From: Thermoplasmata archaeon
GTDB taxonomy: Archaea > Thermoplasmatota > Thermoplasmata > Lutacidiplasmatales > UBA184
Reading direction: 5' to 3'
DNA: 64,000 nt
Assembly: GCA_027315455.1 (NCBI GenBank)
Contig: DAHUXZ010000002.1
Location: forward strand, 35,536-99,535
Below are positions 44,940 through 51,873 of the stretch, piece by piece (position 1 is the stretch's first letter; each line of letters begins with the position of its first letter). The position numbers were made by a program, and so were the translations under genes. The notes under the pieces were generated by a model, which saw only the letters and a program-made list of their open reading frames with translations, searched no databases and was not told the origin of the DNA.

Positions 44940-45461
44940 CTACGGCAGCGGCCCAGATCCATAGCTCCCCGGGGAACTGCCGCCCCAGGAGAGGGAGAAG
45001 CCTCCCTCGGTCAGCGGACTGTCGACGAGCAGGACCACGACATCGCCGCTCACGACCGGTTCCACGCTATCGGTGGTCCAGTTCCCGGTAGGGGAAACCG
45101 GGGGCTGGAACGTCGCGATAGTCAACCTCGGGGTGTCGGTCACCGAGAGGGTCCAGTTCGCATCCGTACCCTCGAAGAGCCCGGGAACGATCGTCGCCCG
45201 AACCAGCCCCCAGGTAAGAGTGGTGGTGACGCCGACGACGGTGAAGTTGTACCATATCCCGTGTCCCGCCCAACTCTGGTTCGGGCCGGAGAACTCGACC
45301 CCGGTACCACCAGAAGTCGGTGGACCCCCCGGACCGATCTGGGGTCCCGGGGGGCTCAGCGACTTCGACGCGATGAAGAGGGCGGACGCCACGATGAGGA
45401 CCGGGACCGCCACCACAACGACGAGGAGCACGGTGAGCAGTTCGCGACCGTCACGCCGCAT
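44940..45461 (-). CDS. membrane-anchored secreted protein (hypothetical, N-glycosylation sequons)
   Basis: N-terminal MRRDGRELLTVLLVVVVAVPVLIVASALFI anchor or signal. The extracellular part is beta-rich and carries NQS, NFT, NWT sequons. Confidence 0.55.
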   Translation of the reverse strand: MRRDGRELLTVLLVVVVAVPVLIVASALFIASKSLSPPGPQIGPGGPPTSGGTGVEFSGPNQSWAGHGIWYNFTVVGVTTTLTWGLVRATIVPGLFEGTDANWTLSVTDTPRLTIATFQPPVSPTGNWTTDSVEPVVSGDVVVLLVDSPLTEGGFSLSWGGSSPGSYGSGPLP

Positions 45462-45721
45462 CTGGGATCACCTGCACGGCTGCCGAAGTCCGTGGAATCG
45501 GTTCGGCACAACGCTGGTTCCTGGAGGCGTTCCAAGCTATTAGTCGTAGCCATGGCCGTTCGGGCACTGCCCCAGGGGAGGCGAGCGACCGGGGCCCGCT
45601 CGGAGGTCGCGCGGTTCGCTTCCCTAGCTATCAAAGGGGGGGAGGGAACCGGGACGGGCCGCGGGCCGGTGCGAATATACCGAGTGCGACGTTCACCTCA
45701 GGGAAGGCCCGACCCCTCTTC

Positions 45722-46474
45722 ACTATCGAAGAGCGTGAACGGATTCGCCGGAAGCCTGTCGAGAGCGCCCGGGGGGACCCGAGGATCCTCGCGGGGGCGG
45801 CGCGGGGTTCCGAGGCGATCGGAGAGAGCGACCGATGGGCCGACATCGACCTGACCTTCGGGCGGCGACCGGGAGTCGGTCTCACGGAGGTCCTAACCGG
45901 GCGGACCGACGACCTTTCGCGTGACTTCGACCCCCACTCTCTCTTCGACCTGACGGACCGGGCCACCGTCTACCGGGTGTTCCTTCTCCCGAGAAATCTC
46001 CCGGTCGACCTTTCGTTCACCCCAGGAGGCGCCGCCCAGCACGGACCGAAGTTCCGTCTCCTCTTCGGTACGGTGGTCCACCGGGAGCCCACGGTCCCCC
46101 AGCCCTCGTCGGAGATCTTCGGGATCGCGGTCCACCACGCGGTTCGACGGAGATTCTGCATCGAGCGGGCTCGCGGGTGGCAGGCCGAGTACTGGATCCG
46201 CTCGCTGCGGGACCTCGCCCTCATCCTCGCCGGCCGTCGCCGCGGGCTCGAGGGGACCTATGGACGTGGATTCGATCGACTTCCCGAGGAGGTCCTGGCG
46301 CGCGCGAGCGCGGCTCTTCCGCGAACCGTTCGGCCCGACGAGCTCCTTCGGGCCCTCGGTTCGTCCACCGAGCTCCGGTGGGGCGAGTCGGCGGAAGCCG
46401 GTGACCTCGTCCCCAAACTCACGCCCCAGCTTCGGGATCTTGCGTCGGTCCGTGGCGTGGAGCGTTCGGAATAG
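45722..46474 (+). pseudogene. nucleotidyltransferase-domain protein with no canonical start codon upstream of catalytic motif (pseudogene or non-canonical initiation); 5' boundary undefined
   Basis: The ORF track starts it at GTG 45977. The same frame is open from 45437 and encodes the NTase motif ILAGAARGSEAIGESDRWADIDLTFG (G[GS]-x10-DxD) at about 45785-45862. No ATG, GTG or TTG occurs in that frame between 45437 and 45976. Confidence 0.5.
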
Positions 46475-46742
46475 GCCGACCCGGCATCGATGCCCCCGGG
46501 CGCCAGGGGACCGACACTGCCTGCGGGGCCTCCCCACGGAGCCGTTTCCCATCGGTCCCCGGCCCCGGTCGATCCGGACTACCGGCCTCGCCGCCCGGCC
46601 TCGTCGAGCCCCACGACCGGCCATCGCCCTGGGCTCCGGCGACACGGGTCCGTTCGAGCGGCCGCCGGAAGGGAAGCCCGATCCCGCGGACAGCCCTAAG
46701 GGCCCCCCGAAGGTTGGGGGCACGCGCTCAAGGGAGGTCTTC

Positions 46743-46934
46743 ATGGTCGACCGGGTCTACAAGGGCGGGATATCCCAGCTGAGGAAGGACCTCGAGGAAC
46801 TGCGAACGGAGTTCTCGAAGCTCGAGTCCACGACCAACTGGGTCGCCCTGCGGGTGGAGCCGGTGCTCCAGCACGCGATCGCATTGGAACGCCTCAGCAC
46901 TTCGCGTCGGTTCGCCCGCGAGTTCACCCCTTGA
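46743..46934 (+). CDS. small coiled-coil-like hypothetical protein, probably frameshifted (continues to 47038 in another frame)
   Basis: ATG 46743 is preceded by a GGGAGGT Shine-Dalgarno-like element. The sequence is MVDRVYKGGISQLRKDLEELRTEFSKLE... A stop follows a C4 run. Coding-like sequence continues in another frame (VVLFHSDLVYLRTNIEGLRGLL). Confidence 0.45.
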   Translation: MVDRVYKGGISQLRKDLEELRTEFSKLESTTNWVALRVEPVLQHAIALERLSTSRRFAREFTP

Positions 46935-47260
46935 GGAAGGGTGTGGTGCTGTTCCATTCGGACCTGGTCTACCTACGGACGAACATCGAGGGGCTCCGGG
47001 GTCTGCTCCGCACGGAGCCGAGGCGCGAGGCGTCCTGAGCCCGGCCGACATGGGCGGAGCCGGCGTGCGACGGGGACGGCACGCGGGGCGTGGGCCCTGC
47101 GAGTGGCGCGGACCCGTGGTCCGCGGCGCAGGGTCCCGGACGCGACCGTGGCCGTGCCGGAGGGAGAACGCCCCGGTCAAACCTCCGTCCGCTCTTGTCA
47201 GGAGCGACGGACCCGACGACTCGGAGAGTGCATGACCGGGATCCACCGTGAGCGGCGTGG

Positions 47261-48238
47261 CTAACCGGCGCTCGACACTCGGGATAGGACCTGGAGGGCC
47301 CGAAGGGTGACCATCTTGCTGGGGTGCCCCGGCCTTTCGAACCTCAGCGGGGTGGGCCGCCTCCCCGGGTTCTCGGCATACCATCGCGCGCCGTCCGCGT
47401 CCGGGTCGGTCTGGTCCGCATCGTGAGCCCACGTACCGTCCGCCCGTCGCTTGCGCCGCAGGAGGTCCAGGGCGAAGCCCAGCCGGGGATCGCGCCCGTA
47501 CCCGAGGGCCGTCAGGCAGTCGAGGCCGACCAGGACGTCGTAATAGTAGTGGTTCGGCCAGTGGAACCGATACCAGGGCTCGTACCTCTCCCCCTGACGG
47601 TGGAGCTCCCGCTCCAGGAAGTACTCCGCGCTTCGCGACACGCATTCGCGCATCGAGGCGGTCCACCGGGAACGCGGATATTCGGCGAAGGCGGCCAACC
47701 CTTCCCAAGCGTCGAGGGTCCGACTCCCGGCGGGGCCGTTCTTCGCATACCGGCAACTCCAGCCCCCCTTCGGATGCGCGGTGTGGACGAGCCACTCCAT
47801 GGTCCGTCGGATGCGCGGGTCCTCGTCGTAGCCCATCCGGATCAGCGCTCGCGCCATGTTCGCGGTGTAGCAGTGGTGGCCCTTTCCCTTCCCGAGCCCA
47901 CCGACCCCGCCCCCTTCGAGAGGGGAGTTCCCCATCCAGTACTCGCACGACGTCGCGATCTCAGGAATGGTGCGCGTCACGCCCAGATCGGCGAGAGCCA
48001 GGAGACTCCAGTGGGTCCCCAGGAACCGGGGCTCGAGGCGGTTACGGGGGTGTCCCCACCAGCCGGCGGGGTCCCGGCGGTCGAGGACGCTCACGACCCA
48101 GGGGTCCTTGGCGAGGGCGGTATGCGCGCTCCGTACCTCGGGTCGTGAGTCCGTTTTCCCAAGCAGTCGGGTCAGCGTGAGGTAGCGGACCGTCGGCTGG
48201 CTCGGTTCGAGCAGCCACTCGGTGACCGAGTCGCCCAT
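47261..48238 (-). CDS. prenyltransferase/squalene-oxidase-repeat (alpha/alpha-toroid) protein
   Basis: The N-terminal VTEWLLEPSQPTVRYLTLTRLL resembles the widespread terpene-cyclase-like toroid family. Internal aromatic/Trp-rich repeats include GGWSCRY and DGTWAHD. Confidence 0.6.
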   Translation of the reverse strand: MGDSVTEWLLEPSQPTVRYLTLTRLLGKTDSRPEVRSAHTALAKDPWVVSVLDRRDPAGWWGHPRNRLEPRFLGTHWSLLALADLGVTRTIPEIATSCEYWMGNSPLEGGGVGGLGKGKGHHCYTANMARALIRMGYDEDPRIRRTMEWLVHTAHPKGGWSCRYAKNGPAGSRTLDAWEGLAAFAEYPRSRWTASMRECVSRSAEYFLERELHRQGERYEPWYRFHWPNHYYYDVLVGLDCLTALGYGRDPRLGFALDLLRRKRRADGTWAHDADQTDPDADGARWYAENPGRRPTPLRFERPGHPSKMVTLRALQVLSRVSSAG

Positions 48239-48603
48239 GCCCTCCGTACTGGAAGCCTGCCTTGAGCCTTGTCGGCACTGGCGGCGGCGAATCGGACTTC
48301 ACCGAGCTCGAGGTCGAGGGCCCCCGGTCGGACGGAAGGGCGCCCTCGGAGATGGAGGGGTAGGCTACGCGACCGGGCGGGACTGCCGCCACTCCCCTGG
48401 TCGTCGGCGCTACGGACTTCCGCCCGATACGATAGAGCTGGGAGCCGGTCACGATGGTCCAGAACGCGAAACCGCCGAGCTTGACTTCGACGTTCGGCGC
48501 CTTTCCACCGTCAGTAGAGTGGTAGCCTACGAAAGTGTATTCCAACGGGTTCGGCCCGTAGCTTCTGTCGTGTGAGCGGCTGTCTACCGCATGGCCATGG
48601 CGT

Positions 48604-50390
48604 CTCGAGGACCCGTACCGGCTAAATAGTCGGACATGTTGTAGCCTATGAATGGGGTGGAACTTCGAGTTCCGCAACTGCCGCGGCTACCGGTATCTCT
48701 ACCTCGTCCAGAAGGCCCGGACCCCGAAGGGCCCGCGCAACATCCGCCAGATCCACGTCGGCAACGCCAACCGTCTCTTCGAGCGGCTCACCCAGCCGCC
48801 GCGCTACCTCAAGAGCTTCCCCTTCGGGCGCAGCGCCGCCCTTCTCCACGCCGCCCGGGCTACCGGCCTCTGGGAGTCGCTCCTCCACCGCCTCCCGGCT
48901 CCGAGCGCCCGGGCCGCGTGGCTCCTCCTCACCCAGATCCTCGCGCGCGCGGAGCGGCCCCTTAGCCGCGAGGGGATGGCCCGCTGGTTCCCCGAGAGCT
49001 CCCTGCCCTTGCTCACGCCCTGGGCGAAACCACCGTCCGGCCGCGCCCTCCGCTCCGCCCTCCGAGAACTCTACGACACCGGCCTCGAGACCGAGAAGGG
49101 CCCGGGGATCACCCGCGCCCGGGTCCGCGCCATCCAGGAGGACGTCTTCCGCACCCTGAGGGCCCGCGGGCTCGAGCCCCGACTTCTCCTCTTTGACGGG
49201 ACCAACGAGTTCGTCCACCACAAGACCGGACGGTGGACGAAGAAGGGGAAGAGCAAAGCCCGTCGCTACGACAAGAATCTCGTCGGGCTCGGGATGGTCA
49301 CGATGGACACCATTCCCGTTCTGAGCGAGGTGTTCCCGGGGAACCGGAACGACATGGACACCTTCCCCGAGGTGTTCGACGCCCTCCAGAAGCGCCTCGA
49401 GCACCTGGAGGTGGCGACCGAGAAGCTTCTCCTCGTGGTCGACCGGGGAGTGAACAGCGTCGAGAACTTCGACGCGATCCTCGGCGTGATGCACGTGGTC
49501 GCCTCGTTGAAGCGGAACGAGGCGAAGGAGTTGTTCGAGGTCCCGCTGGAGAAGTTCCGCAAGGTGGGCGAGGACACTGAGGGCGGCCCGGTGCTGGGCC
49601 ACGCGGCTCGGTGGGAGGGGTTCGAGGACGAGTGGCGGGTGCTGGTGACCTACCGACGGGCCGAGGCGGCCCACGCCGCGGCACAGTGGGCGAGAGCGAA
49701 GGCGCGGGTGCTCCCGAAGGTGGAGGCGTGGCGTCGGGGTCGCCCGAACGCGAAGCAGAAGGTGGCGATGGCGAAGCTGGTCGACCTGATCCCCCGGGAG
49801 TATCGGGGCATCTTCGACTATGGGGTGGAGGAACTGTTCGTACGGGACGGGAAGGGCAAGGAGGTCCGACGCTTCCGCCCCCGGTGTACGGTGGACCCCA
49901 ACGCCGAGGCGGATCTGCTCGCCTCCTTCGGGAAGGCGGCGATCATCACCGACGTGGCGGAGGGCGAGCTACCGGACGAGGAGTTGCTGAACGCCTCGGT
50001 GGCACGCTCTCAGATCGAGGAGGAGTTCAAGTGGCTGAAGGACCGGCTGGTGATCTCGATCAAGCCGGTGTGGGTCTGGAGTGACGCGGCGATCCCGGGC
50101 CACGTGTTCCTGTGCGTGATGGGGCTCATGCTGCTGCGCTATCTCCAGTGGGAGGCGAGGGACCTTCACCTGTCGGTGAAGGCCCTCACCGAGCAGCTCG
50201 GCAAGATTCGCGTGGCGGTCGTCAGTCGGGGGGGCTCCCCGGGTCGAGGGGGTCGGCCGGCCTGGGTCTTGGAAGAGATGGGGATGGAAGAAGCCCGGCT
50301 GGCGTCACGCTTCAAGCTGCTCGAAGAGGTCCCTGGCTCGGCGTAGAAGTCGGCTGAAACGGGCCGTACATAGCTACACGATCCTCGAGG
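48604..50390 (+). mobile_element. IS4-superfamily (IS1634-like) insertion sequence; exact ends uncertain
   Basis: Single 564-aa DDE transposase gene. Imperfect terminal inverted repeats are TGTAGCCTATG (48640-48650) and CATAGCTACA (50369-50378). CTCGAGG occurs on both outer flanks (48604-48610 and 50384-50390). Confidence 0.7.
48652..50346 (+). CDS. DDE transposase, IS4 superfamily / IS1634-like
   Basis: N-terminal GYRYLYLVQKARTPKG...IHVG is typical of the IS1634 group. Acidic-residue strands are LLLFDGTNEF and LLLVVDRGVNS. The C-terminal R-x3-E-x6-K signature is ARSQIEEEFKWLK. Confidence 0.75.
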   Translation: MGWNFEFRNCRGYRYLYLVQKARTPKGPRNIRQIHVGNANRLFERLTQPPRYLKSFPFGRSAALLHAARATGLWESLLHRLPAPSARAAWLLLTQILARAERPLSREGMARWFPESSLPLLTPWAKPPSGRALRSALRELYDTGLETEKGPGITRARVRAIQEDVFRTLRARGLEPRLLLFDGTNEFVHHKTGRWTKKGKSKARRYDKNLVGLGMVTMDTIPVLSEVFPGNRNDMDTFPEVFDALQKRLEHLEVATEKLLLVVDRGVNSVENFDAILGVMHVVASLKRNEAKELFEVPLEKFRKVGEDTEGGPVLGHAARWEGFEDEWRVLVTYRRAEAAHAAAQWARAKARVLPKVEAWRRGRPNAKQKVAMAKLVDLIPREYRGIFDYGVEELFVRDGKGKEVRRFRPRCTVDPNAEADLLASFGKAAIITDVAEGELPDEELLNASVARSQIEEEFKWLKDRLVISIKPVWVWSDAAIPGHVFLCVMGLMLLRYLQWEARDLHLSVKALTEQLGKIRVAVVSRGGSPGRGGRPAWVLEEMGMEEARLASRFKLLEEVPGSA

Positions 50391-50479
50391 TGAAATCGAC
50401 CTCTGACGGCGAAGTCAGGCGACGCGCGTACCGAAGTGGACCTACTTACCGGCCTCCGTAGTATAGCGCGCTGAGGGAA

Positions 50480-50553
50480 CGGGCCCGCCGGGATTCGAAC
50501 CCGGGTTTGAGGCTCCGGAGGCCTCCGTGATATCCAAGCTATACTACGGGCCC
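50480..50553 (-). tRNA. tRNA-Arg (anticodon CCG), no encoded CCA
   Basis: The minus strand reads GGGCCCG-UA-GUAU-AGCUUGGAUA-UCAC-G-GAGGC-CUCCGGA-GCCUC-AAAC-CCGGG-UUCGAAU-CCCGG-CGGGCCC-G. The acceptor, anticodon and T arms are perfect, with a canonical T-loop and G18G19. The D-stem has two non-Watson-Crick pairs. Confidence 0.8.
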
Positions 50554-50614
50554 ATGCGCGCGCGCCGGGCGGTGTAGGCTCGCGCTAGGTAAGTCTTGCG
50601 CTGGGGTCGGCGCG

Positions 50615-50803
50615 TCAGCCGCCCTTCGCCTTGCCCTTCGGCGCCGGAGCGGCCTTCGCCTCGGCATAGCCGCACTTCCCGCACGAGCGCCGGTTCGCAT
50701 GCTCGGCGAGGTAGATCCCCGGGCCGCACTTCGGGCAGGACTTGTGGGTGCGGGTGAGGGCGTCGCCCTTGGTGGTGTAGAGTCCGACCCGGGCCTTCGC
50801 CAT
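50615..50803 (-). CDS. rps27ae: 30S ribosomal protein S27ae
   Basis: Zinc ribbon CPKCGPGIYLAEHANRRSCGKCGY and its position downstream of rps24e. It has an A/P/K-rich C-terminal tail. Confidence 0.9.
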   Translation of the reverse strand: MAKARVGLYTTKGDALTRTHKSCPKCGPGIYLAEHANRRSCGKCGYAEAKAAPAPKGKAKGG

Positions 50804-50806
50804 CGC

Positions 50807-51175
50807 TCAGCCCTCCTTCGGCGCCGCGGCCGCCGGCGCGGGCGCGGGCGTGGGCGTGGGCTCGGCCGCCGGTGGAGTCCCCTTCTGAGGTTTCTCCTTG
50901 AGGCCGTTGCGGATCAGGACGTGCGCGCGGGCGGTGGCGAGGGCCGCCTCCTTCGTCTGGTAGGCGTGGGCCTCGCCGATGGAGACGGCAGTGCCGTACC
51001 TCGCGTGCATCCGCTCGATGACGACGCGCTCCTTGGGCGCCTTCACGAGCTTCGCGAGCTCGGCCCGCACGTCGTCGCGCTTCGGCGTCGCCTGGGTACC
51101 GTGGGTGACCTCGAATCGGTACTCGGTGCGCTTCAGGAGCGGGTTGGGCCGCTCCTCCAGGATCTTAAGTTCCAA
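50807..51175 (-). CDS. rps24e: 30S ribosomal protein S24e
   Basis: MELKILEERPNPLLKRTEYRFEVTHGTQATPKRDDVRAELA is canonical S24e. The C-terminal tail is P/A/T-rich. Confidence 0.9.
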   Translation of the reverse strand: MELKILEERPNPLLKRTEYRFEVTHGTQATPKRDDVRAELAKLVKAPKERVVIERMHARYGTAVSIGEAHAYQTKEAALATARAHVLIRNGLKEKPQKGTPPAAEPTPTPAPAPAAAAPKEG

Positions 51176-51722
51176 GGTCGAGCCTCCTCAATTCCATCTG
51201 GCCAATCAACTGGCGAACGTGGTCCTTGGCGACGGCGTCGACCGCCACGAAGGAGACCCCCTCACCCGGGATGCCGTATATAACGGTGGCCCCGAGCGGG
51301 AGCGATTCGACGAGAGCGAGCGCGCCGAGGTCCTCCTCGCCGTCGACCTCAATGAGCCCGCCCCCCCGCGCGATCGTCTCCCGGACGGCCCGGCGCAGCC
51401 GTTCGGTGAGCATTCCGGCGGGGTTACGGACGCGAATATGGTGGCGCGAGGCCAGCACCCGGAACGAGGCCGCGTCGATCGGCTCGTTCCGCCGGGTCTT
51501 GAGGTCGACGATGCCGACGAGCGGGGGGTGGCCGAGCGCGATCGCCTGCGCAGTGACGCGGTCGCCGCAGGCCCCGAACACCCCGAGGCTACGGATGCGG
51601 CGGTCGGCGTCGTCGCCGGCGTGGACCGGCCCGTAGCGTTCGGCGAACGTCGGCCGGAGCGCCTCGGGAACGACCCAGACGCGTTCCTCACTTGACCCGG
51701 AGCGCGTAGCGGCCGCTGGCAT
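51165..51722 (-). CDS. GTP-dependent dephospho-CoA kinase (DUF359 family)
   Basis: Motifs GACGDRV, GIVDLKTRR and IEVDGEEDL. It sits in the conserved position between spt4 and rps24e. Confidence 0.8.
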   Translation of the reverse strand: MPAAATRSGSSEERVWVVPEALRPTFAERYGPVHAGDDADRRIRSLGVFGACGDRVTAQAIALGHPPLVGIVDLKTRRNEPIDAASFRVLASRHHIRVRNPAGMLTERLRRAVRETIARGGGLIEVDGEEDLGALALVESLPLGATVIYGIPGEGVSFVAVDAVAKDHVRQLIGQMELRRLDLGT

Positions 51723-51873
51723 GGATCCCCATCTTCCGAGCGATCTCGGACTTCTCCGGGTCGAGGACGATCAAGTACCCCTGCCATTCACGGGAGACCT
51801 CCCCCCCGCACCGCGGGCACTTGTTCTGGTCGGTGATCGAGCGGCAGTTGCGGCAGGCCTTGAGCTGGATCAT
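51688..51873 (-). CDS. spt4: transcription elongation factor Spt4 (RNA polymerase subunit E'')
   Basis: MIQLKACRNCRSITDQNKCPRCGG zinc ribbon, 61 aa. ATGA overlap with the rpo7 stop. Confidence 0.9.
   Translation of the reverse strand: MIQLKACRNCRSITDQNKCPRCGGEVSREWQGYLIVLDPEKSEIARKMGIHASGRYALRVK

Noticed and set aside
45893-46744. 283-aa minus-strand ORF antisense to the nucleotidyltransferase locus.
   Set aside because: Its composition is junk (G/R/P/E-rich), and the plus-strand frame carries the recognisable NTase motif and C-terminal domain.
48604-48610. CTCGAGG on both flanks of the IS taken as a definite 7-bp target-site duplication.
   Set aside because: The core CTCGAG is itself palindromic, and the sequence between it and the better TGTAGC...-type inverted repeats is not symmetric. 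I cannot distinguish target-site duplication from terminal repeat from coincidence without other copies. It is reported as uncertain.
50450-50530. A possible second, plus-strand tRNA overlapping tRNA-Arg. GGCCTCCGT occurs twice on the plus strand, and the CCGGGATTCGAACCCGG arm is palindromic.
   Set aside because: On the plus strand the would-be T-loop reads ATTCGAA rather than TTCRAAT. No acceptor or anticodon stems can be formed. The similarity comes from the palindromic T-arm and the inverted 12-mer described in the findings.
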